Shown here: in pieces, positions 20,201 through 28,857 of the stretch | Position numbering within the stretch: position 1 is the first letter of the stretch | Layout: the number at the start of each line of letters is the position of its first letter | Source of the DNA: Myxococcota bacterium | Lineage (GTDB): Bacteria > Myxococcota > JACRCW01 | Direction: 5' to 3' | Length of the DNA stretch: 64,000 nucleotides | Assembly: GCA_040752415.1 (NCBI GenBank) | Contig: JBFMGU010000013.1 | Location: forward strand, 8,374-72,373 | Translations under genes and position numbers: made by a program | The notes under the pieces: model-generated | The model's input: the letters and a program-made list of their open reading frames with translations, nothing else | Databases searched by the model: none | What the model was told of the DNA's origin: nothing

Positions 20201-21038
20201 CGACTACGTGACCAAGCCCATCGACCACGCCGAGCTGCTCTCCCGCGTCTCCGAGCTGACGCCCACGACGCGCCCGGGACGCACCCCGCTCATCCTCACC
20301 ATCGACGACGATCCCGCGGTGGGACCGCTGCTGGCCGCGGCGCTGGAGCCCGCGGGCTACACGGTGATCACGGCACAGAGCGCGCGGGAGGGCCTGGAGC
20401 TGGCGTTCCGCGAGGAGCCGGACGTGGTCATCGTGGACCTGGTGTTGCCGGACCTCTCCGGCTTCGAGCTGGTGGAGCAGCTTGCCAACGACGAGCGCAC
20501 CCACCACATCCCGGTCCTGGTGCTGACCGCCCGCACGCTCACCGACGGGGACCGCAGCCGGCTCCGCCCGCACGTGGTGGCCCTGGCGGAGAAGGGCGAC
20601 TTCACCCGGGTGGCGTTGCTGGCGGCGTTGGAGCGCGCGGTGCGGGGCAGGCCGGGCGTGGCCGGGGGGGCGCGAACCATCCTGGTCGTCGACGATCACG
20701 ACCTCAACCGCGAGCTGGTGCGCAGCCTGCTGGAGCGGCGGGGCTGCCGGGTGGTGGAGGCGGAGGACGGAGAGTCGGGCATTGCCGCGGCGCGCCAGGT
20801 GCGTCCCGACCTGATCCTGATGGACCTGGCCATGCCGGGCATGGATGGTTTTGCCGCCACCCGTGAGCTGAAGGCCCATCCCGCCACCGCGCACATCCCG
20901 GTGGTGGCCCTCACCGCGCGCGCCATGAAGAGCGACGAGGAGCGCGCCCAGCGCGAGGGATTCTCCGGCTACGTCACCAAGCCGGTGGACGTGCACCTGC
21001 TCGAGCAGGCCATCACCCGCGCGCTGCGCGCCCCGTGA
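17211..21038 (+). CDS. Membrane hybrid histidine kinase: Cache-like sensor, HAMP, GAF, EEL coiled coil, HisKA, HATPase and three receivers
   Basis: Two TM segments; [19 protein letters not shown] (HAMP); [32 protein letters not shown] and GTGLGLAI; three REC-like domains. Confidence 0.92.
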   Translation: MTGWEFGNWPLRRKLLTLVLVAAALPLVAALAVEFHLARSVVDGDAEALLRARAEQVAGDLDQFNQGYLRTVTHLSKLPTVRHHLSVDETQRAARRAELDQVLTAYVAGDHTIHRLVILDQHGQQVASTGGGGLSGLERSQTFLQEALGGRASISGIFLSAPEQGSAALLAYASQVLGLDGQPRGVVLLLSNAQAFWDAVRAGNGVAGPGSFSILIDEHGVRIAHSFLRELVFKPVGALDRPTLERLVAERRYGDHTRELLEKPVPLEGNVDLVQLRTVASQAYRIFAPGNGRMNLAVVQPLTTAPWRLLYLAPEDMLYAPAQKLITTTLAASSLLILLALLLGLLLSARITRPIQELLEAARNYGQGRYHARVLAPFHDEVGTLGRTFNEMAEALAVKHDELEARVRERTEALTRANEELGSRNRALAESRAEVERHVTHAVTFGRTVASFAAQGTLPEVLEAGLRHLAPRVGAVTLVCYRVSRNQELLPVASWGAGGTARPVRLGGLAQEAWSSGQSLVVDDLPSDVELHFEAAFVSTRPRHLALTPLAVASQRVGLLAVGSLAPFSPEARKLLDEVAVPLALTIHRHELAEQGERYAEELARQNEELQAQAEELHAQSEELRNQSEELLAHQEELESKNRQVAQADRMKSEFIANMSHELRTPLNTVIGFTDLLLDEAREALVARHIKYLGDIRASGRHLLSLINDILDLSRIEAGHSILSLGTVDPRTVVQEALAVVKVPAGRKDITLREDLRGSQPIHADANKIRQVLINLLSNAVKFSPPGATVLVRTHHDGATLRFDVQDNGPGIDPALQVRLFEPFVQGEHPLVKKHEGTGLGLAISKRLVEQHGGQLTVESEVGHGATFSFALPVAERRAGNGELERSPAREPTGPAAPPASDGAAVLVVANGQDTGGIRQTLQGAGYRVLEAQEARRAVELAVDRDVAAVIIGPGWDDGAGLAVVEALKADPRTRHLPVLFESMLGSGAPGKLLGAADYVTKPIDHAELLSRVSELTPTTRPGRTPLILTIDDDPAVGPLLAAALEPAGYTVITAQSAREGLELAFREEPDVVIVDLVLPDLSGFELVEQLANDERTHHIPVLVLTARTLTDGDRSRLRPHVVALAEKGDFTRVALLAALERAVRGRPGVAGGARTILVVDDHDLNRELVRSLLERRGCRVVEAEDGESGIAAARQVRPDLILMDLAMPGMDGFAATRELKAHPATAHIPVVALTARAMKSDEERAQREGFSGYVTKPVDVHLLEQAITRALRAP

Positions 21039-21078
21039 CGCGCCCGTCGTCATGGCCCAAGGGGCGGTGACCTGGGCC

Positions 21079-22203
21079 TCACAACACGCCCAGCGACTCC
21101 ACCTGGAAGCGCAGCGCCTCCGCGTCGTCCTCGGGGAGCGTGTCGGAGGCCTGCATCATTCCGTCGTCAATCAGGGCGCTGAGCGCGGTCTCCATGGCGG
21201 ACAGTCCGCCGGAGATGAAGCGGGCGTGCGCCAGCACCGCGTCGGGCTCCAGCGGGTCGTCCAGGCTGATGCCGCTGAGCGCCTCCTCGTAGAACGGCGG
21301 GGGATTGGCCAGGAACTCACGCAGTGCGTCGCCCGCGCCAAAGCCCGCACCGTCCAGCGCCGTCATGATGGCGTTGATGCCGCGACACTGCTTGCGGATG
21401 CGCGCGGGCAGCTGCTCCTCCTCGGACTCCTTCACCGCCACGCGGAGGATTCCCTCGTCCAGCAGGCGACGCAGCGCGCGCATCCCGTGCAACCGTCCCA
21501 GCCCGGACCGCTGGATGAGCGCGCGCCCTCCCAGCCCCTCCCTCGACGACGCGGCCAGCTGCAGCAGCGCCTGCTCGCTCTCCCCGAGGTGAACGGCGGG
21601 GGAAGGCTGCAGCACCGCGCACGGCGTCTCCAGGTCCACCAGCTTGCCCTCCAGCGCGCGCACCTCCGTCACCTGCGCCACCGCGCGCTGCAGGATGGCC
21701 GCGGTGTCCATGCCAAAGTGCATGGGCTGGGGATGCTTCCGCTCGTCGTGGAAGACCATGTGACCGGAGAGCTGCGTGCACGCCGCGGAGAAGATCTCCA
21801 TGGCCTGGTCCACCAGCGCGCCGCGCACGTCGGTGGGAGAGATGTACCCCAGCTCCACGAGACAGCGGCCGAACTTGCGTCCCTCCCGCGCCATCTCCCC
21901 GGCAATCAGCACCTGGTCCAGGCTGAGCTTGCCCAGTCGCCACAACACCTCACCCAGCCGATCGGACAGGTGCGTGCTGGTGGCGCCGGTGTACTGGCCG
22001 GACTCCAGGTACAGCTCGCGCGTGCCCTGCCCGTCGGTGACCTGCAGGCAGCCGCTGCGCCGCGCGCGAACCAGCATCTCCACCACGTCGGAAACCGCCA
22101 GGGTCTCCAGGGAGCACGCCAACCAGCGCGCGCCACGACGTCCCTGCAACGTCAGCTCCGCGGTTTCAACCAGGGTCTCGAGCGGTTCGGTGGTGTTGGC
22201 CAT
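21079..22203 (-). CDS. DUF4388/PATAN-like domain protein
   Basis: SLETLAVSDVVEML..RRSGCL...S...DRLGEVLWRLGKL...FGRCLVELGYI pattern; start uncertain (22203 or 22212). Confidence 0.7.
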   Translation of the reverse strand: MANTTEPLETLVETAELTLQGRRGARWLACSLETLAVSDVVEMLVRARRSGCLQVTDGQGTRELYLESGQYTGATSTHLSDRLGEVLWRLGKLSLDQVLIAGEMAREGRKFGRCLVELGYISPTDVRGALVDQAMEIFSAACTQLSGHMVFHDERKHPQPMHFGMDTAAILQRAVAQVTEVRALEGKLVDLETPCAVLQPSPAVHLGESEQALLQLAASSREGLGGRALIQRSGLGRLHGMRALRRLLDEGILRVAVKESEEEQLPARIRKQCRGINAIMTALDGAGFGAGDALREFLANPPPFYEEALSGISLDDPLEPDAVLAHARFISGGLSAMETALSALIDDGMMQASDTLPEDDAEALRFQVESLGVL

Positions 22204-22345
22204 GAATCCCATGCCGTGCAGCCCAACGGGCACCGGGCGGTGGGATGGTGGACCAGGCACCGGGCCCCCCACAAGCGCCGGTTTTGCAGGCGTCGTCGTC
22301 GTGGCGGCTTGAAGGGATGTGGTCATCTGCCTACAAGCCACGCGC

Positions 22346-23317
22346 ATGGCGACGAAAAGGAAGAAGAAGACGGCGGGCGCTTCCGTGGGGCTCGGCGCGC
22401 GGGAGCTGGCGCAGGGACAACCCACCAAGGACGTGCAGGCGCTGGCCGAGCAGGTGCAGGCGGATGGCGGCGTGGTGTTGACGTCGTACCGCGAGCCGTA
22501 CGGCGGGCACTGGGTGATGTTGGTGCTGCTGCCCATAGACATGGTGCAGCCCACGCCCTACCAGCGCGAGCTCTCCAAGACGCACGCGGACCGGTTGACG
22601 TCGGTGATTCCCAAGGTGGGGCGCTTCCTGGACCCGGTGGTGGCCATCCGCCACGACGACATCTACTGGACGCCCAACGGCATGCACCGCCTGGCCGCGC
22701 TCAACGCGCTGGGGGCGAAAGCGGTGGTGGCACTGCTCATGCCCGAGAAGGAGCTGGCCTACCGCATCCTGGCGCTCAACACCGAGAAGGCGCACAACCT
22801 CAAGGACAAGGCACTGGAGGTGGTGCGCATGGCGCGCGGGCTGGCGGCGTCACCGGAGAGCGCCAAGCGTCCGGAGAGCGACTGGGCCTTCGAGTTCGAG
22901 GAGCCGGCCTACCTCACGCTGGGTCTCTGCTACGAGCTGCAGAAGCGCTTCGCCGGCGCGGTGTACCTCCCGGTGGTGAAGCGGTGCGAGGAGTTCTCCA
23001 GCCAGCCGCTCATCAAGTCGGTGGTGGCGCGCGCGGAGCGGGCCAAGCTCTTGCTGGAGCTGGATGACGTCGTCAATGACGTGGTGAAGCAGCTCAAGGA
23101 CAAGGGCTTCAAGAGCGCGTACCTCAAGCCCTACGTGGTGGCGCGCATCAACCCGCTGCGCTTCGTCCGCGCGGCCAAGCCCGGTCAGAAGGCGCCGCGC
23201 GCGGACTTCGACGCCACGCTGGAGAAGATGCTGAGCAGCGCGAAGAAGTTCGACGTGGGCAAGGTGAAGCAGCAGGACATTGCCATGGTGGGCGCCTACG
23301 CACCGGCGGAGGAGTGA
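22346..23317 (+). CDS. Orphan ParB/Sulfiredoxin N-terminal domain protein
   Basis: LPIDMVQPTPYQRELS...FLDPVVA...YWTPNGMHRLAAL; no parA nearby. Confidence 0.7.
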   Translation: MATKRKKKTAGASVGLGARELAQGQPTKDVQALAEQVQADGGVVLTSYREPYGGHWVMLVLLPIDMVQPTPYQRELSKTHADRLTSVIPKVGRFLDPVVAIRHDDIYWTPNGMHRLAALNALGAKAVVALLMPEKELAYRILALNTEKAHNLKDKALEVVRMARGLAASPESAKRPESDWAFEFEEPAYLTLGLCYELQKRFAGAVYLPVVKRCEEFSSQPLIKSVVARAERAKLLLELDDVVNDVVKQLKDKGFKSAYLKPYVVARINPLRFVRAAKPGQKAPRADFDATLEKMLSSAKKFDVGKVKQQDIAMVGAYAPAEE

Positions 23318-23432
23318 GGGCTGCCCCGGGGGCGCCGAAGCGTCGGTTGTCGTCGGGCGAACGGGGGAGGGCGAGGGGTTCTGCCGAGCCGGAGCCTTCC
23401 GGATCCTCCAGCAGCCGCGCCGCGCTCAACGA

Positions 23433-25142
23433 TCAACGAACCCCGAAATACACCTCCCAGTGTGGCGCTCCCGGCCCTCCAAGCACCGCGAACTCCCCGT
23501 CGGCGTACAGCGCGGTGACGACGAGATCCAGGAGCCCGTCGCCGTTGAGGTCCACGGTGGTCCAATCCTCGTCTCCCGGGTCGCTGGTCATGCCTGACAG
23601 GCGCACAAAGCCCTGCCCATTCCAGCCCCCGGCGGGGACGGGCCACGTGGTGGCAGTGGTGGCGAAGCCCGACTCAGTCCCCAGATGGACCTTCCAGTGC
23701 GGAGCGCTTCCGTGGCCCAGAACAGCGAATGCACCGTCCTGGTAGACCGCCGTGACAACGAGGTCCAAGACGCCGTCGCGGTTGAGGTCCACCGTCGTCC
23801 AATCCTCGTCTCCCGGGTCGTAGGCCTGGCCCGCGAGCCGGACGAATCCCTCCTGGCTCCAGCCTCCTGCGGGAACGGGCCAGGTGGTGGCGCCGGCGGC
23901 GAAGCCCGTGCCGGTCCCCAGGTACACCTTCCAGTGCGGTGAGATTCCCTGTCCCAGCACTGCGAACTCTCCGTCGGCGAACCGCGCGGTGACGACGAGA
24001 TCCAGGAGCCCGTCGCCGTTGAGGTCCACGGTGGTCCAATCCTCGTCTCCCGGGTCGCTGGTCATGCCTGACGGGCGCACAAAGCCCTGCCCATTCCAGC
24101 CCCCGGCGGGGACGGGCCACGTGGTGGCAGTGGTGGTGAAGCCCGACTCAGTCCCCAGATAGACCTTCCAGTGCGGAGCGCTTCCGTGGCCCAGAACAGC
24201 GAATGCACCGTCCTGGTAGACCGCCGTGACAACGAGGTCCAAGACGCCGTCGCCGTTGAGGTCCACCGTCGTCCAATCCTCGTCTCCCGGGTCGTAGGCC
24301 TGGCCCGCGAGCCGGACGAATCCCTCCTGGCTCCAGCCTCCTGCGGGAACGGGCCAGGTGGTGGCGCCGGTGGCGAAGCCCGTGCCGGTCCCCAGGTACA
24401 CCTTCCAGTGCGGTGAGATTCCCTGTCCCAGCACTGCGAACTCTCCGTCGGCGTACCGCGCGGTGACGACGAGATCCAGGAGCCCGTCGCCGTTGAGGTC
24501 CACGGTGGTCCAATCCTCGTCTCCCGGGTCGCTGGTCATGCCTGACAGGCGCACAAAGCCCTGCCCATTCCAGCCGCCCGCGGGGACGGGCCACGTGGTG
24601 GCATTGGTGGTGAAGCCCGACTCAGTCCCCAGATGGACCTTCCAGTGCGGAGCGCTTCCGTGGCCCAGAACAGCGAATGCACCGTCCTGGTAGACCGCCG
24701 TGACAACGAGATCCAGGACACCGTCGCCACTGAGGTCCACCGTCGTCCAATCCTCGTCTCCCGGGTCGTAGGCCTGGCCCGAGAGCCGGACGAATCCCTC
24801 CTGGCTCCAGCCCCCCATGGGCACGCCCCAGGACTCCGCGACCGCTGCGAATCCGGTTGCGCCACCCGAGGTGGAGGATTGACCCGAGCTGGAAACCGCA
24901 GCCGAGCTTGACGACGTGGCAGTTGTCGTGGAGGACGCGCTGCTCGCCGTGGAACTGGATGCCGCGCTGGACGTGCCGCTGGCTGACCCTCCCGTGGAAG
25001 TGGAAGCTCCGCTGGATGACGACGACGTTGCCGACGTGGAGCTGGACTGCCCCTGGGATGCCTCTGAAGCTCCGCCGCCGGACGTACATCCCGCCGCCAC
25101 GAGAAGCGCCAACGTCGCGCGTGGGAAGTGTTGAGTCATCAT
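23433..25142 (-). CDS. Lipoprotein with Ser/Thr linker and six 79-aa FG-GAP/VCBS-like repeats
   Basis: LALLVAAGC lipobox; six WTTVDL[NS][GR]DG[VL]LDLVVT units in ABABAB order. Confidence 0.88.
   Translation of the reverse strand: MMTQHFPRATLALLVAAGCTSGGGASEASQGQSSSTSATSSSSSGASTSTGGSASGTSSAASSSTASSASSTTTATSSSSAAVSSSGQSSTSGGATGFAAVAESWGVPMGGWSQEGFVRLSGQAYDPGDEDWTTVDLSGDGVLDLVVTAVYQDGAFAVLGHGSAPHWKVHLGTESGFTTNATTWPVPAGGWNGQGFVRLSGMTSDPGDEDWTTVDLNGDGLLDLVVTARYADGEFAVLGQGISPHWKVYLGTGTGFATGATTWPVPAGGWSQEGFVRLAGQAYDPGDEDWTTVDLNGDGVLDLVVTAVYQDGAFAVLGHGSAPHWKVYLGTESGFTTTATTWPVPAGGWNGQGFVRPSGMTSDPGDEDWTTVDLNGDGLLDLVVTARFADGEFAVLGQGISPHWKVYLGTGTGFAAGATTWPVPAGGWSQEGFVRLAGQAYDPGDEDWTTVDLNRDGVLDLVVTAVYQDGAFAVLGHGSAPHWKVHLGTESGFATTATTWPVPAGGWNGQGFVRLSGMTSDPGDEDWTTVDLNGDGLLDLVVTALYADGEFAVLGGPGAPHWEVYFGVR
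23436..24830. repeat. Near-identical intragenic tandem repeat, 474-bp period, three copies (each two diverged 237-bp halves)
   Basis: The GTCCCCAGA marker recurs at 23677, 24151 and 24625. Confidence 0.92.
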
Positions 25143-25254
25143 GTCGTTGTCACTCCAGTGCCGCAGGTTCCCATGACGATGACGCCTTCGCGGAACGGCC
25201 GATGACCAAGCGCCGACGATACCGCGATGACCGCGATAAGAGCACGCACCGCGG

Positions 25255-25361
25255 GCCAACGTGACCATGCCGCTGGGCGACCAGTTCTGGGCTGCTTTGG
25301 CATGCTCGCCGACCGCCACGGCATCCCGTGGATGCTGAACCACCACGCGTCGAGGAAGTAG
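25255..25361 (+). pseudogene. Frameshifted 3' remnant of a VOC/PhnB-family gene
   Basis: ANVTMPLGDQFW, then a frameshift at ~25291, then CFGMLADRHGIPWMLNHHASRK*. This matches the PhnB-family C-terminal pattern MPL...FWG..FG...D.FG..W. Confidence 0.7.
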
Positions 25362-25460
25362 GCTTGTTTAGGAGCGGTGTCGGAGCAGCCCACGGGGAAC
25401 GGTGTCGAGGGTTGAGGAGGAGCCGGCGTTGTCGTTGTGGTCACGGCGGCGAAGAGCCCT

Positions 25461-25575
25461 CCGTGCCCGTGCCCGTGCCCGTGCCCGGCTTGCAGGAGGC
25501 CGCTGCACAAAGGTTTGTCGTCGAGGAACCCCTTCGGTCGATGGTGCCCTCAAACCGGGCACGGGCAGGGGCAGG
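25461..25575. repeat. (CCGTGC)x4 microsatellite with inverted partner
   Basis: 25468-25492 is the reverse complement of 25551-25575 with 3 mismatches. Confidence 0.75.
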
Positions 25576-25582
25576 ACGGGGC

Positions 25583-27097
25583 TCACGTGCGTCGCCACGC
25601 CAGGCGCGGCCCCACGTCCTTGATCACCGCGTCCAGACACCGGCGCAGCCCCGGCATCACCTCCCGCTCCTGCTGGATGGCGCGCACACTGAGGAACGCC
25701 GCCCCCAACCGCGCCGACGACGAGAGCAGGAACAGCACGTGGATGTTGAAGACGTGCACGCCCTGCACGGTGAAGGAGGTGGGCAACGCCTCGGCAATGA
25801 CGCCGCCCAAGGCGGAGGCCAGCCCGTAGGCAATCCCGCCCGCCGTCGAGAAGCTGGCAAGGTAGAACGCCCGCCCCTCGCGCGGCGCCACCTCCAGCGG
25901 CAATTGGAACGCCGCCAGGCCGTGCCCGCTCCACAACGTCCCGACGAGCAGCGCGTCCAGCACCACCGGCCAGAGCATCTCCTCCGTCGGAAAGAGCCAC
26001 ATGAGCGGCACCAGGCAGATGCCAAAGGAGCAGAACACCAGCACGGTGCGCGGCCCCACCTGGTCCAACACGCGCCCCCAGACCCTCGTCGAGAGCACCC
26101 GCACCGCCGCCACCGCGGTGGCGTGCGCGGACATCATGGCAAAGCCCATCTTCAGGTTCATGAGCATGTGCATGGCCGCAAAGCTCCCGCACAGTCCCAC
26201 CGCGCCGTTCCACGCCACCTGGTAGGTGAGGAATGCCCGCGCGCGTGAATCCGAAAGCGGACGAAGCGCCATGCGCCAGTGCACGCTCTCCCGCGCGCCG
26301 CCGGGGGCGGGCTCATGCTGTCGCGCCATCAGCGCAATGCTGCACAACCCCGCCAGCTGTCCCACCACGCCCAGCCCCAACAGCGCGTGCGTGGCCACGC
26401 CGTGAGCCTTGGCGGTGTCCATCAGCAGTCCCGCCAGCAGCCCCGCCGACGTGCCCGCCACCGTGCACCACGCCGCGCGCTGCGCGAAGTAGCGCCCGCG
26501 CATCCGACGGGGAACCAGGTCCCCCATCCACGCCACCCAGGAATTGTTCCCCGTCACCCCCAGCACCGACGAGATGGCCACGCTGAAGAGCAGCACGGTC
26601 TGCTTCACGCTCATGGGCGCGGAGAGGAACGGCAGGAACAACACCGGCAGGAGCACCAGGCGCTGCAGGCACACCGCGGTGAGCGCCACACGTCGTCGTC
26701 CCAGGGTGGTGGAGACCCACGCCGCGGGCAGCTGGATGAACTGCGAAAGATACGGAATGGCGCCCAGGATGCCGAACAGGAAGGCGTTGCACTCCATCTC
26801 CAACGCCCACCCCGTCATGGCCGCGCCGTTGCAGCACGCAGTCACCACCTCCGCCGCCATCCCCTCCACGCTGGAGGTGGAGAGGGAGCGACGCAGCACG
26901 CCACGCACGTCACGCGAGGAGGGCTGGGTCTCGTCGACGGGACCGCTGAGGAAGGGCGCCGCCGCGCCGGGCACCGCGTTGCCGGGCCGCGCGGTGGGCA
27001 GGGCCCAGTGCGCCGAGGTGAGCTCCGCTTCGGGAGCGGGAGGTGGGGGATCCGGTTTTCGGGGTGGCGGAGGAATCAGCTTGATGAAGGCGACCAT
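25583..27097 (-). CDS. MFS transporter
   Basis: About 12 hydrophobic segments; WMGDLVPRRMRGRYF and WGRVLDQVGPR loop motifs; Pro-rich N-terminus, start uncertain. Confidence 0.85.
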   Translation of the reverse strand: MVAFIKLIPPPPRKPDPPPPAPEAELTSAHWALPTARPGNAVPGAAAPFLSGPVDETQPSSRDVRGVLRRSLSTSSVEGMAAEVVTACCNGAAMTGWALEMECNAFLFGILGAIPYLSQFIQLPAAWVSTTLGRRRVALTAVCLQRLVLLPVLFLPFLSAPMSVKQTVLLFSVAISSVLGVTGNNSWVAWMGDLVPRRMRGRYFAQRAAWCTVAGTSAGLLAGLLMDTAKAHGVATHALLGLGVVGQLAGLCSIALMARQHEPAPGGARESVHWRMALRPLSDSRARAFLTYQVAWNGAVGLCGSFAAMHMLMNLKMGFAMMSAHATAVAAVRVLSTRVWGRVLDQVGPRTVLVFCSFGICLVPLMWLFPTEEMLWPVVLDALLVGTLWSGHGLAAFQLPLEVAPREGRAFYLASFSTAGGIAYGLASALGGVIAEALPTSFTVQGVHVFNIHVLFLLSSSARLGAAFLSVRAIQQEREVMPGLRRCLDAVIKDVGPRLAWRRT

Positions 27098-27298
27098 GCG
27101 ACCTGCGCTGCAACGTTGGTGCGCGCGCGAGAATACTGGAGTTGGATCCACACGCGAGGAAAATCACCCGCGGTGACGACGTCACCACGCTCACGTCCGC
27201 GGCCACGGCGACCAATTTCAGGAGATGCTCGCGCCGCTGGACTACACTCATCCGCCACCCGCCCGTGAGCGGATGTGGGGGGATGGAAGTGGACGGAC

Positions 27299-28249
27299 AT
27301 GACGCAGCAAACCATTCCCGTGGTGAACCTGGAGGACTTCAAGAACGGCAACAACGCGCAGCGGCAGGGTTTTGCGCGCGCGGTGGGTGAAGCGCTGGAG
27401 GATACCGGCTTCTTCGCGGTGACCCACCACGGCGTGGACCCCGAGCTCATCCGACGCGCGTACCAGCAGGCGGAGGCGTTCTTCGCCCTCCCCGACGAGA
27501 AGAAGCTCCACTACGAGGACGTGAAGCTCAAGGGACAGCGCGGCTACACCAGCTTTGGTCGGGAGCACGCCAAGGACCATCCCGCGCCGGACCTCAAGGA
27601 GTTCTGGCACGTGGGCCAGGAGCTCCCGCCCGGGCACCGCCTGCTTCCCGTCTACGGTCCCAACCTCTGGCCCGCCGAGCTTCCGGAGTTCCAACCCGTC
27701 ATGCTCAAGCTCTTCGCGCAGCTGGAGGCAAGCGCCAAGCAGCTGTTGCGCGCGTGCGCCCTGCACCTGGGGGAGTCGGAGCAGTCCTTCAGCGAGATGG
27801 TCGACGACGGGGACACCATCCTGCGCGTGATCCACTACCCGCCCATCCCCCCGGGCGTTCACCCCGCCGCGGTGCGCGCCGCCGCACATGAGGACATCAA
27901 CCTCATCACGCTGCTCTGCGAGTCCACCGCGGAAGGCCTGGAGTTGCTCCAGCGCGACGGGCGGTGGCGCCCCATCCACGCGTTGCAGGGGCAGATCGTC
28001 GTCGACGCGGGCGACATGATGCAGCACCTCACCAACGGCGTGTTCAAGAGCACCACCCACCGCGTCACCAATCCCAGCAACGACCGGGAGCGCCGCTTCT
28101 CCATGCCCTTCTTCGTCCATCCGCGCGCGGAGGTGGACATCACGCCGCGGCCCGGCTGCGTGGCGCGTACCGGCGGCACGGCGAAATATCCGCGAAGGAC
28201 CGCGCGGCAGTACCTCGAGGAGCGCCTGCGGGAGATCGGCCTGGCTTGA
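27299..28249 (+). CDS. Isopenicillin N synthase-like 2OG-Fe(II) oxygenase
   Basis: GFFAVTHHGV, HEDINLITLL (HxD), STTHRV and RFSMPFF. Confidence 0.9.
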   Translation: MTQQTIPVVNLEDFKNGNNAQRQGFARAVGEALEDTGFFAVTHHGVDPELIRRAYQQAEAFFALPDEKKLHYEDVKLKGQRGYTSFGREHAKDHPAPDLKEFWHVGQELPPGHRLLPVYGPNLWPAELPEFQPVMLKLFAQLEASAKQLLRACALHLGESEQSFSEMVDDGDTILRVIHYPPIPPGVHPAAVRAAAHEDINLITLLCESTAEGLELLQRDGRWRPIHALQGQIVVDAGDMMQHLTNGVFKSTTHRVTNPSNDRERRFSMPFFVHPRAEVDITPRPGCVARTGGTAKYPRRTARQYLEERLREIGLA

Positions 28250-28281
28250 GGGGAAAGGCGCGGCGCGTTAAGCCTTGACGC

Positions 28282-28785
28282 ATGCGCAGGTTGCTCCCGG
28301 TGGTGCCATTGATGCTCGGTGGGATGCTGGCCCACGCCGCCGTCACGGGGTTTGAGCAGGTGGTCCACGCCTCCACGCTGATTGCGCGGGGCCACGTGGA
28401 GCGCGTGGGCGCCGGTGAAGGCGGGTGGGGCCAGAAGGGCGTGGTCACCATCAAGGAGGTCATCCACGGCCCGCAGGTGCAACAGCTGGACGCGCTGGCC
28501 CAGGACAACAGCTTCTCCGGCGTGGAGGTGGACCTGCTGCCCGGCAATGACCAGCTCCTGTTCCTGCGCCAGGAGAAGCTGGGCAACCGCGACGTGTGGG
28601 TGGTGCTGGAGGCGTTTGTCGTCGACGCCGGCGGCACGGTGCGCCTGGGCAGCGGGTCGACGACGTGGTGGGTGATGAAGCCCAAGAGCTACGCCGACGC
28701 GGTGGCGGGCATCCGCGCGGAACTGGCCCGGCCCGTGCCCGCGCCCCCGCCCCGGGATGCCACCAAGCGCGCGCCCCCGCCGTGA
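28282..28785 (+). CDS. Hypothetical secreted protein
   Basis: N-terminal signal-like peptide and GC-rich third codon positions; co-oriented with its neighbours. Confidence 0.65.
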   Translation: MRRLLPVVPLMLGGMLAHAAVTGFEQVVHASTLIARGHVERVGAGEGGWGQKGVVTIKEVIHGPQVQQLDALAQDNSFSGVEVDLLPGNDQLLFLRQEKLGNRDVWVVLEAFVVDAGGTVRLGSGSTTWWVMKPKSYADAVAGIRAELARPVPAPPPRDATKRAPPP

Positions 28786-28857
28786 CGCGCGACGCCATCC
28801 GTCAATCCAAGCATTGATTTCCCCCGGGATTCTCCCTATTGCCGCGACGTTCCCACC

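Noticed and set aside
27299..28249. Beta-lactam or other secondary-metabolite cluster around the IPNS-like oxygenase
   Set aside because: No NRPS, PKS or tailoring genes are nearby, and stand-alone members of this family are common.
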